Part shown: piece after piece, positions 1-12,173 of the stretch
Position numbering within the stretch: position 1 is the stretch's first letter
Layout: each line of letters begins with the position of its first letter
From: Aquificaceae bacterium
Lineage (GTDB): Bacteria; Aquificota; Aquificia; Aquificales; Aquificaceae
DNA length: 26,511 nt
Reading direction: 5' to 3'
NCBI GenBank assembly: GCA_041640635.1
Contig: JBEPZX010000017.1
Location: 1 to 26,511 of the forward strand
Translations under genes and position numbers: made by a program
Notes under the pieces: model-generated
Seen by the model: the letters and a program-made list of their open reading frames with translations, nothing else
Database searches by the model: none
What the model was told of the DNA's origin: nothing

Positions 1-1
1 A

Positions 2-616
2 GAACTCGAGGAAGGTTCTTATGTAAACTTACTGTCTTTTGAGGAATGGGCAATAGATTACATTGCTAGGAAATCAATAGAGTTTGGTTTACCAGTGAGT
101 ATTAACTTATCGGCAAGGACGCTTTCTAAGAAGGACTCTATCAATAAACTTTTGGATATAAAGGAGCGTCTAAAGTCATATAGGGCTACACTAGTAGCTG
201 AGATAACAGAGAGAATTATGTTGGAGATGCCTCCTTCTGAATTTACTAAGATGGTGAAGTTTTTAAAGGAAGGTAGCCCCAATTTTAAGATAAGAGTTGC
301 TATAGACGACTTTGGTACGGGTTACTCGGCACTGTCATACATAAGAAATATACCTATAGACATTGTTAAGTTGGATATGAACTTTGTCCATCCTATAGAA
401 GAAGACTCTAAGGCTCGCGAGTTTTTAAAGTACTTGATAGGACTTCTAAAAGTTTTGGGCTACGAGACATTGGCAGAGGGAGTAGAGACACAGACACAGC
501 TGGAACTTCTCAAACAAATGGAATGTGATTATGCACAAGGCTATCTTTTATGTAGACCTATGACAGAAGAACAGGCTAGAGAATTGATAAATTCGATGAG
601 GAAAGGGCAAAAATAA
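2..616 (+). CDS. EAL-domain c-di-GMP phosphodiesterase, C-terminal part (5' truncated by window edge)
   Basis: The frame is open from position 2 (ELEEGSYVNL...), so the GTG at 95 is internal. Motifs: VSINLS, EITE, AIDDFGTGYS, VKLD, AEGVET, QGYL. Confidence 0.93.
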   Translation, partial: ELEEGSYVNLLSFEEWAIDYIARKSIEFGLPVSINLSARTLSKKDSINKLLDIKERLKSYRATLVAEITERIMLEMPPSEFTKMVKFLKEGSPNFKIRVAIDDFGTGYSALSYIRNIPIDIVKLDMNFVHPIEEDSKAREFLKYLIGLLKVLGYETLAEGVETQTQLELLKQMECDYAQGYLLCRPMTEEQARELINSMRKGQK

Positions 617-631
617 CTTCGAAAGAAAAAA

Positions 632-675
632 TTGAATTTTAAAGATGTATTTATAAATTTTTTAGTAGGAGGTTT
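632..675 (+). promoter_or_regulatory. Putative sigma70-type promoter and SD for the DUF411 gene
   Basis: TTGAAT (632-637), 16 nt, TAAATT (654-659); AGGAGG precedes ATG 679. Confidence 0.45.
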
Positions 676-678
676 CAA

Positions 679-1056
679 ATGAGTATTTTATTAGCGTTGC
701 TCATCTCTTTATCTTTTGGCATATCTCAAGCTCAAACTATAAAGGCATATTACAATCCAAATTGTGGTTGTTGCCTTTCCTACTTTTCTAAGTTAGAGAA
801 AGAAGGCTTCAAAATAGAGCGTATTAAAGTAGATTACACAGAACTTGACAGAATAAAGGATAAATTTGGAATACCGATTGAGATGAGATCTTGTCATACC
901 ATGGATTACCAAGGTAAGTTTATAGAAGGACATGTGAAGCCTGAAGGTGTAAGACAAGTTATAAAGGGAAAGGATATAAGAGGTGTGGCTTCCAAACACA
1001 CACTAAAGAGTGCACGTGGTGGCTTTGAAGACGAATATTCCGTATTGAAAAAGTAA
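679..1056 (+). CDS. Exported DUF411-family putative metal-binding protein
   Basis: Signal peptide (...SQA/QT), YYNPNCGCC, SCHT and IEGHV motifs; strong SD. Confidence 0.85.
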   Translation: MSILLALLISLSFGISQAQTIKAYYNPNCGCCLSYFSKLEKEGFKIERIKVDYTELDRIKDKFGIPIEMRSCHTMDYQGKFIEGHVKPEGVRQVIKGKDIRGVASKHTLKSARGGFEDEYSVLKK

Positions 1057-1065
1057 CCTTATTTT

Positions 1066-2361
1066 TTAGAAACCTCGTCCTGTTATTATTCTCAAAAGAT
1101 CATTTATTATCACAAAAACTGAAAGTGTTATTATTAAGGCAAAACCCAACTTCTGCCAGTTTTCTTTAAACTTTGGTGATATGGGACTTCCTTTGATAGA
1201 CTCGGCTAAAAACAGTAATATTAGTCCACCATCAAGAACAGGTAAGGGCAAAAGATTAAATATAGCCAATTGAATGGAAATGAAAGCCATCATACCCAAA
1301 AAGGCAATCAATCCATGCTGAGCGGACTCGCCGGCAAGCTGTGCTATAGCTATCGGTCCACCAAGAGTGTTGAAAGACACAGAGCCAGTAATTAACGCCC
1401 AAACAGCTTTTAAGGATAGAGTTGATATATATACAGTCCTATTGATAGCTTCACCAATAGCTTCACTCATACTTAGCTTTACATCCTTGGTTTCTACATA
1501 AGGTGATATTCCAAGAATGGGTAAACCTGTTTTTTCGTCTAATTTGGGAACAACAGTTATATCCAAAATTTCTTCTCCTCTCTTAATTTTTAGACTTATA
1601 GGGCTACCTTTAGAATTTCTTATAACTTCTACAGCTTGGTGCCAACTCTTTATTTCTTTTTGATTTACAGACAGTATGATGTCACCTTCCTTGATACCAA
1701 CCTGATGAGCTGGCGTATTGGGAACCACTTTCCCTACCTTAGGATTAAGTGAAGGTTCTGCACCAAATCCAATTGATCTACTTAAAGAAACGCTCCCTTT
1801 TAAGGTTTTTATTTCACCTTCTCTTTTAACTTTTATTGTCCACTCTTTCTTTAGAGAGCTTTCTGCAATAGCTTTTTCCATATCTTTCCAAGAGCTTATC
1901 TTTATGGAATTTACCTCCAAAATCTCATCTCCTGGTTTTATACCTAAAGATTGAGCTGGTGAATCTTTGACTACATAACCCACTAAAGGCTTTTCATAAA
2001 CGTAAGCTGGAGTTTTTTTGGGAAGATTATACAGAAAACTAAAAACCAATATTGCAAATAAAAAGTTAAAGAGTGGACCACCAAAAGCTATAATTATCTT
2101 TTGCCAATTAGGTTTAGATGAAAAAGACCTTGGGTCTTGAATACCATCCTCTTCCCCGTACATCTTTACATATCCACCCAATGGAATAGCGGATACTCTA
2201 TACTCTGTTTCTCCAATTTTTTTGCTTACTATAGAAGGACCAAAGCCTATGGAAAAGGTTTCTACCTTTACACCAAAGAGCTTTGCAAACAAGAAATGTC
2301 CAAACTCATGAACCCACACCAATATTCCTATAAGGATTACAAAAGATACGATATACTCCAT
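1066..2361 (-). CDS. rseP: RIP metalloprotease RseP (site-2 protease, two PDZ domains)
   Basis: HEFGH zinc motif, FSIGFGP, PLGGYVKM, NLLPLPVLDGG, two PDZ-like segments. Confidence 0.96.
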   Translation of the reverse strand: MEYIVSFVILIGILVWVHEFGHFLFAKLFGVKVETFSIGFGPSIVSKKIGETEYRVSAIPLGGYVKMYGEEDGIQDPRSFSSKPNWQKIIIAFGGPLFNFLFAILVFSFLYNLPKKTPAYVYEKPLVGYVVKDSPAQSLGIKPGDEILEVNSIKISSWKDMEKAIAESSLKKEWTIKVKREGEIKTLKGSVSLSRSIGFGAEPSLNPKVGKVVPNTPAHQVGIKEGDIILSVNQKEIKSWHQAVEVIRNSKGSPISLKIKRGEEILDITVVPKLDEKTGLPILGISPYVETKDVKLSMSEAIGEAINRTVYISTLSLKAVWALITGSVSFNTLGGPIAIAQLAGESAQHGLIAFLGMMAFISIQLAIFNLLPLPVLDGGLILLFLAESIKGSPISPKFKENWQKLGFALIITLSVFVIINDLLRIITGRGF

Positions 2362-2399
2362 AGTCTACATAATATACGTCAACTGTGTTAGCTTTTCAA
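2362..2399 (-). promoter_or_regulatory. Putative promoter for (near-)leaderless rseP
   Basis: Minus strand TTGAAA (2399-2394), N17, TATATT (2376-2371), N9, ATG; no SD. Confidence 0.55.
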
Positions 2400-3181
2400 C
2401 AAACTAAAAGTTCTACTATTTTCTCAAAGGTCTGTGTCATCAAATCCAACTTTTTTAAGTGCTCTCTTAGTTTTTCTAGTTCGTCTTGAATAACCTTTTT
2501 TAGGTTTTCACCAATTAGTTTATACATACCATCCTTGTCTTTGTAATCATCCACCATCTGAAAAATCAATCCAAACTTTTTACCTACCCTTTCCATTTCT
2601 TCGAGTGAATCCAATTTATGCGCTGCTATAGCTCCAAACATAAAGGATGCACTAAAGAGCTCAGCTGTCTTTTTTGTGTTTATTTCTTGCTGAGAGTCAA
2701 GTTTTCTAATATCCATCACCTGACCACCAATCATACCCAAAAAGCCAGCTTTTTTTGCCAGAATGTTTATAGCAAGTAACCTTTCCGAAGGTGACAGAGC
2801 TTTTAAATACTCTTTGTCTGAAAGGATTTCAAAAGCCAGTGTTAATAAAGCATCTCCAGCCAGCAAAGCCAAATCTTCCCCGTAAACTACGTGACATGTT
2901 GGCTTCCCCCTTCTTATAGTATCGTTGTCCATGCAAGGCAAGTCATCGTGAATTAGCGAGTAATTGTGAACAATCTCTATGGCGCACCCTAGTATTAGAG
3001 CATCTTCTAAATTCCCATCCCATGCTTCACATACGCTTTGAACTACTAAAGGTCTTATCCTCTTACCATCTTGAAAAAGATAGTAAGTCATTGCATCGTA
3101 TAAAATACTTGGCTCAAAGGGTTGTATTAGTGATTTTAGGGTAGTGTTTATCTTTTCTCTAAATTCTTTTAGCTTTGGCAT
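2396..3181 (-). CDS. ispA: Polyprenyl synthetase (farnesyl/geranylgeranyl diphosphate synthase)
   Basis: GKRIRP, first Asp-rich motif SLIHDDLPCMD, RRGKPTCH, GQVMD, KKTA, second motif FQMVDDYKD. Confidence 0.9.
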   Translation of the reverse strand: MPKLKEFREKINTTLKSLIQPFEPSILYDAMTYYLFQDGKRIRPLVVQSVCEAWDGNLEDALILGCAIEIVHNYSLIHDDLPCMDNDTIRRGKPTCHVVYGEDLALLAGDALLTLAFEILSDKEYLKALSPSERLLAINILAKKAGFLGMIGGQVMDIRKLDSQQEINTKKTAELFSASFMFGAIAAHKLDSLEEMERVGKKFGLIFQMVDDYKDKDGMYKLIGENLKKVIQDELEKLREHLKKLDLMTQTFEKIVELLVC

Positions 3182-3184
3182 TTC

Positions 3185-3922
3185 TTAAAAAATTATAGCT
3201 GTTAGGAAGTAATCGGAGATCAAAATGAGCATGGAAGATGTTACGACACTATTTGTTGTTGCCCTTCCTACACCTTCCGTTCCACCTTTTGTATAGAATC
3301 CAAAGTAACAACTTACAGCAGAAATTATTAAGCCAAAGGCTATCGATTTGTAAAGTCCACCTACAAAATCATAGAGTTCCGCAATATCTTTCATTTTCTC
3401 CCAGAATAGATACTCATTTACTCCAAATAACTTTACAGATACAAACCAACCGCCAAATATACCAGCTACATCGGATAAAATTACCAGAAGCGGAACACCT
3501 ACAACACCTGCAAAAATTCTAGGTGCCACTAGGTAACTTATCGGGTTTATTCCCATCACTTCCAATGCATCTATTTGTTGCGTTATCCTCATAGTGCCAA
3601 TATTTGCAGTTATAGCTGAACCTACGCGTGCTACTACCATAAGGGAAGACAAAACCGGTCCCAACTCTCTTCCCATGGACACAGCTACCACAGCACCAAT
3701 TAAGAATTCAGCATTGAACCTAGAAAAGGTACTGTATGTTTGTAAAGCAATAACACCACCTGTAAATATGGAAGTTATAACCACAACTGGAACCGTTTCT
3801 GCACCAAAGTATGCTAACTGCTTGACAAAATGCCTTATCTTTGGTCTTTTGTAAAATATAAAGTATATTCCCAAAAAGGTTAAAATTACAGCTTTTCCAA
3901 CTTCTTCAAAAATTTTTAACAT
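3185..3922 (-). CDS. mlaE: MlaE-family ABC transporter permease
   Basis: [48 protein letters not shown] motifs; overlaps the aroC 3' end. Confidence 0.92.
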   Translation of the reverse strand: MLKIFEEVGKAVILTFLGIYFIFYKRPKIRHFVKQLAYFGAETVPVVVITSIFTGGVIALQTYSTFSRFNAEFLIGAVVAVSMGRELGPVLSSLMVVARVGSAITANIGTMRITQQIDALEVMGINPISYLVAPRIFAGVVGVPLLVILSDVAGIFGGWFVSVKLFGVNEYLFWEKMKDIAELYDFVGGLYKSIAFGLIISAVSCYFGFYTKGGTEGVGRATTNSVVTSSMLILISDYFLTAIIF

Positions 3923-5069
3923 GGTTTAAGTATAATTGATACCTTTCTACAACTTCTTCCATAAAATCGCCACCGAGTTTTTCCAAAAGTGCATCAGCCA
4001 AAACTATAGCGAGCATAGCTTCACCCACTATACTAGCAGCAGCCACAGCTACAACATCGCTCCTTTCTTTGCCAGCCTTGACTTCCTCTTTTGTTTGGAT
4101 ATCCACGCTTCTTAAAGGTTTGGTAAGTGTGGGTATAGGCTTCATGGCACACCTTACAATTATGGGCATACCGTTTGTTATTCCACCTTCTGTACCCCCC
4201 AAGCTGTTAGAGTATCTAAAGTATCCCTTTTCTTGATTCCATCCTATCTCGTCGTGAATTTCTGAACCAAACCTGCTACCACTTTCAAATCCTATACCTA
4301 TCTCCACACCCTTTATAGCTTGTATACTCATCATAGCTTTTGCGATTTTAGCATCTATCCTCTTGTCCCACTGAATATGACTCCCTAAACCTACTGGTAC
4401 ACCAACAGCAAATACTTCAAATACACCACCTAAACTTTCCCCCATCTGCTTGGCTTTATCTATCAATTCCTTGAATTCTTCGTCCTTTTCTGGATGCGGA
4501 AACCTGACCTCTGAAAGTTCTGCCTTTTCATGTCTTTTTAGAAGGTCCTTTTCTTGTATTTCTGGTTTTAGACCTCCTATACCTATTACGTAACTCCCTA
4601 TTTTTATACCAAGCTCTTCCAAAAATCTTTTACATACGGCTCCTACAGCAACCCTACCTGCTGTCTCTCTTGCTGATGCTCTCTCCAATATGTTGCGCAG
4701 ATCCCTTTGGTTGTACTTTATCCCACCTGCTAGATCCGCATGTCCTGGTCTAGGTCTTACAAAAGGGACTACCTCTGCCGGAACCTCTCCCTCATAAGCC
4801 ATTTTTTCTTTCCAGTTTTCCCAATCCTTGTTCCATATGGCTAAGGTTATAGGACTTCCTATAGTTTTTCCAAATCTTATACCAGACAGGAACTCCACTT
4901 GATCCTTTTCTATTTTCATTCTTCCCCCTCTTCCATAACCCCTCTGCCTTCTCTGCAACTCCTTGTTTATGTACTCAGAGGATATTTCCAAATTGGCAGG
5001 TATACCTTCAATTATACAAAATATTCCCTTTCCGTGAGACTCACCAGCTGTTAAGAATCTTAAGCTCAT
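3906..5069 (-). CDS. aroC: Chorismate synthase
   Basis: [32 protein letters not shown] signatures. Confidence 0.98.
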   Translation of the reverse strand: MSLRFLTAGESHGKGIFCIIEGIPANLEISSEYINKELQRRQRGYGRGGRMKIEKDQVEFLSGIRFGKTIGSPITLAIWNKDWENWKEKMAYEGEVPAEVVPFVRPRPGHADLAGGIKYNQRDLRNILERASARETAGRVAVGAVCKRFLEELGIKIGSYVIGIGGLKPEIQEKDLLKRHEKAELSEVRFPHPEKDEEFKELIDKAKQMGESLGGVFEVFAVGVPVGLGSHIQWDKRIDAKIAKAMMSIQAIKGVEIGIGFESGSRFGSEIHDEIGWNQEKGYFRYSNSLGGTEGGITNGMPIIVRCAMKPIPTLTKPLRSVDIQTKEEVKAGKERSDVVAVAAASIVGEAMLAIVLADALLEKLGGDFMEEVVERYQLYLNHVKNF

Positions 5070-5269
5070 TTAGGAACTTTTACAGCCTTTACTACTTTGC
5101 CAGCCTTTAAACATTTGGAGCATACATACACTTTTTTTGTGGATCCGTCAGGCATTTTTATACGAACTTTGTGAAGATTTGCCCCAAAGGTTCTTGAATT
5201 TTGCTCTGCAGAGAAAGTAACACTCTTTCCGAATACTTTTCTTTTTCCGCAAACATAGCATACGGCCAT
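5066..5269 (-). CDS. rpmB: 50S ribosomal protein L28 (Cys-containing form)
   Basis: CYVCGK...SRTFGANL...VCSKCLK; SD AGGAGG; ATGA-type overlap with aroC. Confidence 0.95.
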   Translation of the reverse strand: MAVCYVCGKRKVFGKSVTFSAEQNSRTFGANLHKVRIKMPDGSTKKVYVCSKCLKAGKVVKAVKVPK

Positions 5270-5302
5270 ACTTTTCCTCCTGTCAATAAACTAAGTTTAT
5301 TA

Positions 5303-5311
5303 TTTTACCAT
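5303..5311 (-). promoter_or_regulatory. Extended -10 promoter for the rpmB operon
   Basis: Minus strand reads TGGTAAAAT (TGnTAnnnT), about 33 nt upstream of the rpmB ATG. Confidence 0.55.
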
Positions 5312-5343
5312 ATAAATTCACTTAACTTATGCCTTCTAAAATC

Positions 5344-5352
5344 TGCTATAAT
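5344..5352 (+). promoter_or_regulatory. Extended -10 promoter for yajC
   Basis: TGCTATAAT, a perfect TGnTATAAT, 8 nt before ATG 5361; no SD. Confidence 0.65.
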
Positions 5353-5360
5353 CATATAGC

Positions 5361-5693
5361 ATGATAGATATAGCATTTGCACAATCACAATACCAACAAG
5401 GTAGCCCTGTAGGTGCCATACTTTTCCAGTTTATATTCCTCATAGGAATATTTGTAGTATTTTACTTTTTGATTATAAGACCTCAATCAAAGGCAAGAAA
5501 AAAACATGAAGAGTTTTTAAAGTCTTTAAAAAAAGGTGATAGAGTTATAACGAGTGGCGGAATACTTGGAACTATTGTTGAAATAGGGGATGATACTATA
5601 ACCTTAAAGGTAGATGCTAATACCCGCATAACTTTCAAAAAGGAAGCCATTGCTTCTTATCAACCAAAAACCAAAGAAGATAACGAGCAATGA
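5361..5693 (+). CDS. yajC: Preprotein translocase subunit YajC
   Basis: TM helix then FYFLIIRPQ, LKKGDRVITSGGILGTI. Confidence 0.96.
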   Translation: MIDIAFAQSQYQQGSPVGAILFQFIFLIGIFVVFYFLIIRPQSKARKKHEEFLKSLKKGDRVITSGGILGTIVEIGDDTITLKVDANTRITFKKEAIASYQPKTKEDNEQ

Positions 5694-5699
5694 TTATTG

Positions 5700-8168
5700 A
5701 TGAAACTTCTCGAAAATGACACTATAATTGCAAAACTCGAAGATCACAAGAAAATAGCGTTGATTTATAAAGATGATCAATTATCTTATACAGAACTTAT
5801 ACAGAATATAAACTCTTACGCATCGCTTTTGGACACTCTACCAGACCAAAGAGTAGCCATAGTTTGTGAAAACAGACCAGAGTGGATATACGCGCTTTAT
5901 GCTACTTGGCAAAGAGGATCCATAGTAGTCCCTATAGATTATTTGTCTACTCCCGAAGAAATAAGTTATGTATTGTCTGATTCTGAACCTTCGGCGATCT
6001 TTTGCTCGGCAGAGACATACAGAAACGTAGAAGAAGCTTTGAATTTGTCAAACTTAAGTGCCTACATATACAATGTAGACAACATTATATTGCCAAAAGC
6101 AAAAGGAAGTTATATACACAGGAACATTAACGATGTAGCAGTAATTTTTTACACATCTGGAACTACAGGAAACCCAAAGGGTGTAATGATAAGCTTTAGA
6201 AACCTAATGTCTAACATAGAAGCCATAAAAGAGCTTCAAATTGTGGGAAAGGAGGACAAAACCATAGCTCTTCTTCCCTTTCATCATTCTTATCCATTTA
6301 TGACTACATTGCTCATCCCTCTTCACATAGGCGCGTGTATTGTTTTTTTAGAAAAACTCTCCTCTGAAGCGCTTATTCAAACTATGCAAAAAAACAAAAT
6401 CTCTGTGCTTGTAGGCGTTCCCAGATTATACCAACTTTTACATCAAAGAATTCAAGAAAAAATAGAGAGCTCTTTTTTAAGTAAGGGTTTTTACAGTTTG
6501 TTTTCTAAATTCCCAAAACCTATAAGAAAGTTGGCTTTTAGAAAGGTTCACAAAACTTTCGGTGGGAAACTCAAGTTTATGGTAAGTGGTGGTGCTAAAC
6601 TTCCTTTGGATACAGCCAAGTTTTTGGATAGTTTGGGATTTAATGTAATTGAAGGATATGGTCTTACAGAAACTTCACCTATTGTCTCTTTTAATCCACC
6701 AAATAAGATAAAGCTTGGCTCAGTAGGACTTCCTATAAAAGGTGTGGAAGCAAAAGTTGATGAAGATGGCGAACTGCTGGTAAAAGGTCCAAATGTTATG
6801 CTTGGCTACTACAAAAAACCGGAGGAAACAAGAAAGGCTTTCAAAAATGGATACCTAAAGACGGGAGATTTGGCATATATAGACGAAGAAGGATACATCT
6901 ATATAGAAGGTAGAAAAAAAGAAATTATTGTGTTGGCTGGAGGCAAGAATGTAAACCCAGAAGAAATAGAAAATATGATTTTAAAAAGAGACAAATTAGT
7001 AAAAGAGTGTGCCGTTTTGGAAATTGATGGCTCACTGAAGGCAATTTTACACCTAGATGAGAATGTTATAAAAGAAAGGGGTATAGTAAATTTAGAAGAG
7101 TATGTAAGATGGAATATTTTGGATAAGGTCAACTCAGAGCTTCCATCATGGAAAAAATTAACAGGATTTAAGATAGTCTTTAGTGAGCTCCCCAAAACAA
7201 GGCTTGGAAAGCTAAAAAGGTATAAACTCTTTGAAGTTTATAACCAAGCTAAGGTGAAAAGTCCTGAAAAATCCAAAGCTCTACAAACACCCGTGGCAAA
7301 AGCTTTACGCAACTTCCTTAGCAAATACACGAACAAAGAGGTATATGGACACGAACATATGGAACTTGACCTAGGTCTCGACTCTCTTGGAAAGGTTGAG
7401 CTTCTTAGCTTTATAGAAAGCAGTTTTGGTTTGAGCATATCAGAAAAGGAACTTTCTGGTATGATGTCTTTGGACAAACTCATAGAGTTTATAGAAAAAC
7501 ACAAAGAAAGAGAAGAACTTGTTTCTATAAATTGGTCTTACATTCTAAAGGAATTCAAACCTTTTGAAGTAGAAAGCAGTAACCTTCCTTTTAACTTAGG
7601 TAGATTGGTGCTTTATACATTTTTCAAGCTTTACAACAGTTTAGAAGTAATAGGTATACAAAACATACCACAGGGACCGTGCATATTTGCTCCAAATCAC
7701 GCCAGTTATCTGGATGGCTTTGTGTTGGCATGCGCTCTGCCAAAGGAACACGCCACAAATACCTTCTTTTTAGGAGAAGAAGCTTACTTTAGAGGAAAAC
7801 TAAGAGGCTCTTTTGCCAAGCTAGCTCATGTTATAACCATCAACTTAAACAAAGATCTAAAAGGCTCCATGCAAAAGGCAGCTTACGTGCTTAAGATGGG
7901 TAAAAAGTTAGTAATTTTTCCAGAAGGTGCGAGAACTAGGGATGGTAATCTCTTACCTTTCAAGAAAGGTTTTTCTATTCTCAGCAAAGAACTTGGTATT
8001 CCAATTGTTCCTGTCGCAATTTTAGGCACTTACGAAAGCATGTCTATAAGGGACAAATTTCCAAAGCCAGCTAAAATAAAGGTGATGTTTTTAGAGGCTA
8101 TCTATCCAAACACCAAGAGTTACGAAGATATAACTCAGGAAACCTTTGAGTCTATAAAAAGGGTTTTA

Positions 8169-8183
<15 letters not shown>
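5700..8183 (+). CDS. Fused long-chain acyl-CoA/ACP ligase, acyl carrier domain and PlsC-type acyltransferase
   Basis: AMP-binding motifs YTSGTTGNPKG, GYGLTE, TGDL; phosphopantetheine motif DLGLDSL; acyltransferase motifs NHASYLD and FPEGART. ATG 5700 preferred over TTG 5697. Confidence 0.9.
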
Positions 8184-9558
<1,375 letters not shown>

Positions 9559-9584
9559 TTACCTCCTAGTAGGTAGTTTTTAGT

Positions 9585-9612
9585 AATATAGATATTGATC
9601 ATATGTTTTCAA
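9585..9612 (-). promoter_or_regulatory. Putative sigma70-type promoter of thiC
   Basis: Minus strand TTGAAA, N16, TATATT, about 30 nt upstream of the ATG. Confidence 0.5.
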
Positions 9613-9669
9613 GATGAAAGATATCAATGGAAGATTCAGGTAAGAGAAGTATTTTATATTGTTTTTTGA

Positions 9670-11058
9670 TTAAACCTCGGTCCCGCCTAAAACCAAGTTT
9701 CTTATCCTTATGGTAGGTTGTGCATCGGTTACTGGCACACCTTGACCGTCTTTTCCACAAGTACCTATGCTCCATCCAAGGTCGTTCCCGACAGCATCCA
9801 CATCCTGCAACGCTTTCGGACCGTTTCCTATAAGTAGGGCGGATCTTATGGGGTACGTTATCTCACCATTTTCTATCATGTAACCTTCCATAACATCAAA
9901 AACAAAATCCCCAGTAACCGTGTTTACTTCGCCGCCTCCCATCTTGACAACAAAAACACCTTTTTTGGTGCTTTTGATTATATCTTCTGGATTATCCTTG
10001 CCTGAAGCTATGTATGTATTTGTCATCCTGACCATTGGTATGTGAGCATAGCTTTGCCTTCTTCCATTTCCCGTAGATTCTTTATTTTCCTTCATAGCTG
10101 TTAGTCTGTCATACATATAGCTCACCAAGTGTCCTTGTTCTATTAAAACTTTTTTCTTTGCCGGCGTTGCCTCGTCATCTACCACGAATGAGCCGTTGTA
10201 ACCTTCTATGCTTGCATCGTCTATTACTGTAACAAGTTCACTAGCAACCTTGCTTCCCAATTTGTCCTTGTATACAGAGAGTCCTTTTTGAACCAAATCC
10301 GCTTCTAACCCATGCCCTACAGCTTCGTGAATCATTGTTCCACCTGCTTGAGAAGACATAACCACGGTAAAACTTCCAGCGGGTGCTGGTTTTGCTGATA
10401 GCATGAGCAGAGCTCTTTGTGCTGCTTTGGTTGCAACTTTTTCAGGCGGAACTTGTTCAAAAATCTCAAAACCTTTCTGACCTCCCAAAGATTCATATCC
10501 TCTCTGAAGAGTAAAGCCATCACTCGCTACTACTTCTGTAAAGAAAACCACTCTTTTATTTATATCGTGGGCTGACTCTCCCAGTGTGTTGACCACGTAA
10601 ATTTCTCTTGTTTTGTCCATCAAAACGGCTAAAACTTGCTTTATTTTTTCTCCGTAATTTCTAGCCGCCTCGTTTGCTCGCATTAAAAACTGTTTTCTAT
10701 AGTTTAGGTCCGCTTGATCTATATCTATGAGTGTAGGAGTCCAAGCGTAGATGTGCTTTTTCCCTATACTTACGCATCCGTGACCTTCTCCTCTAGCTAA
10801 TGTTTTTGCAATTTCTAGCATACTTTCGTAGGTTATCTCCGTAGTGTAACCGTAATAAGTTTTGCCATCTTTTATTAGTCTTATGCCTACTCCTTCATCG
10901 ATTCCAAACTGGATTTTGTCGATTTTGTTATCCTCTAAATGCATTCTGCAAGTGCGTGATCTTTCGTAAAATATCTCTCCATACTGTCCACCCTGTGACA
11001 TAAGGTTAGAAAGTATGTATCCAGCTTTCTCTTTTATTAACTCTATTTGATGATTCAT
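9670..11058 (-). CDS. tldD: Metalloprotease TldD
   Basis: HEAVGHGLEAD zinc motif, TGNGRRQSY, RMTNTY, CGKDGQ; 1-nt TAATG overlap with the hemB stop. Confidence 0.94.
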   Translation of the reverse strand: MNHQIELIKEKAGYILSNLMSQGGQYGEIFYERSRTCRMHLEDNKIDKIQFGIDEGVGIRLIKDGKTYYGYTTEITYESMLEIAKTLARGEGHGCVSIGKKHIYAWTPTLIDIDQADLNYRKQFLMRANEAARNYGEKIKQVLAVLMDKTREIYVVNTLGESAHDINKRVVFFTEVVASDGFTLQRGYESLGGQKGFEIFEQVPPEKVATKAAQRALLMLSAKPAPAGSFTVVMSSQAGGTMIHEAVGHGLEADLVQKGLSVYKDKLGSKVASELVTVIDDASIEGYNGSFVVDDEATPAKKKVLIEQGHLVSYMYDRLTAMKENKESTGNGRRQSYAHIPMVRMTNTYIASGKDNPEDIIKSTKKGVFVVKMGGGEVNTVTGDFVFDVMEGYMIENGEITYPIRSALLIGNGPKALQDVDAVGNDLGWSIGTCGKDGQGVPVTDAQPTIRIRNLVLGGTEV

Positions 11059-12041
11059 TAAACCACTCCTTTGTTTATTAGTTTAGCTACCTCTTTGGCA
11101 AAGTACGTAATTATCATATCGGCACCTGCCCTCTTTATAGATATTAACGTTTCCAACATGACCCTTTCTTCATCAATCCAACCAAGCTTCCCAGCCGCCT
11201 TTATTAAAGAATACTCACCGCTTACATTGTACGCACAAACAGGAAGTAAGGTCATTTCCTTTACTCTGTATATGATATCCAAGTAAGCCAAAGCTGGTTT
11301 TACCATTACAATATCCGCACCTTCCTGAATGTCTAGCAGAACTTCTTTTAGAGCTTCTCTTGCGTTTGCCGGATCCATTTGGTAGCTTCTCCTGTCTCCA
11401 AAGGAAGGTGCTGATTCGGCAGCCTCTCTAAAAGGACCGTAAAAAGCTGAGGCAAACTTGGCAGAGTAAGCCATAATGGGTGTATCCTTGAAACCAGCTT
11501 CATCTAAGGCTGACCTTATAGCTTGAACCATTCCATCCATCATACCAGAAGGTGCAAGCATGGAAGCTCCATTTTTTGCATGGGAAACAGCTTGTTTTTT
11601 TAGATTCTCCAAAGTTTCATCGTTACAAACCGTATCACCACACAAGACCCCACAGTGCCCGTGTGTTGTGTACTCACAAAAGCAAACATCCGTTATAACA
11701 TACATGTCAGGAACTTCTTTCCTTATGACTCTCAAAGCTCTCTGTATTATTCCATCGTCGCTCCATGTGTCAGAACCTACTTCGTCTTTGTCTTGTGGAA
11801 TACCAAACAAAATAACAGCTGGTATACCTAGATCTCTAACTTCCTTTACGGCATCAGCCACTTTGTCTACGCTGTATCTAAAAACACCGGGCATAGAAGG
11901 GATCTCTTCTACTATGTTTTTGCCATATCTTACAAAGACTGGATAAATTAAGTGGTCCAAGGAAAGCCTGGTCTCTCTTACAAGTCTTCTTACGTTTTCG
12001 TTTCTTCTCAGCCTCCTAGGCCTTAATTTTGGAAACTCCAT
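11058..12041 (-). CDS. hemB: Porphobilinogen synthase (Zn-type)
   Basis: [39 protein letters not shown]. Confidence 0.98.
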   Translation of the reverse strand: MEFPKLRPRRLRRNENVRRLVRETRLSLDHLIYPVFVRYGKNIVEEIPSMPGVFRYSVDKVADAVKEVRDLGIPAVILFGIPQDKDEVGSDTWSDDGIIQRALRVIRKEVPDMYVITDVCFCEYTTHGHCGVLCGDTVCNDETLENLKKQAVSHAKNGASMLAPSGMMDGMVQAIRSALDEAGFKDTPIMAYSAKFASAFYGPFREAAESAPSFGDRRSYQMDPANAREALKEVLLDIQEGADIVMVKPALAYLDIIYRVKEMTLLPVCAYNVSGEYSLIKAAGKLGWIDEERVMLETLISIKRAGADMIITYFAKEVAKLINKGVV

Positions 12042-12080
12042 AAAGAATAAATTATAAGTTCAGTTAGGAAAATTCTGTAA

Positions 12081-12086
12081 TATAAT
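12081..12086 (+). promoter_or_regulatory. -10 box of the rpsB operon promoter
   Basis: TATAAT just upstream of the GC-rich leader; the divergent hemB TATAAT lies at 12056-12051. Confidence 0.55.
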
Positions 12087-12097
12087 TAAATAAATTA

Positions 12098-12170
12098 AGA
12101 CCGCACCTTTCCCTAGCGGGTTGCCCTTTGCGGGTCTGTGGGAAAGGGTGGCAAAAACCCGAAGGAGGTA
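12098..12170 (+). ncRNA. rpsB 5' leader (S2 autoregulatory element, t44-like)
   Basis: GC-rich island: stem 12104-12113/12140-12150, inner hairpin GCCC-tttgc-GGGT, and pseudoknot CGGGTT (12117-12122)/AACCCG (12156-12161) next to the SD. Position and GGGU/ACCC pairing match the known S2 leader. Confidence 0.8.
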
Positions 12171-12173
12171 AAT

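Noticed and set aside
1..1056. EAL plus DUF411 genes as the edge of a genomic island
   Set aside because: No integrase, att site, tRNA or transposase is visible; this cannot be supported from the window alone.
3185..3922. Isolated mlaE (and tldD without tldE) as incomplete or novel systems
   Set aside because: Pathway genes are scattered throughout this window (trpF, thiC, mqnA also stand alone), so the partners are probably elsewhere in the genome.
9594..9628. FNR/DNR box upstream of thiC
   Set aside because: The TTGAT and ATCAA half-sites are 23 nt apart rather than 4.
12138..12173. GTG-started N-terminal extension of S2 and the antisense ORF 12064-12261
   Set aside because: The region is the structured S2 leader, and the SD points to ATG 12174.
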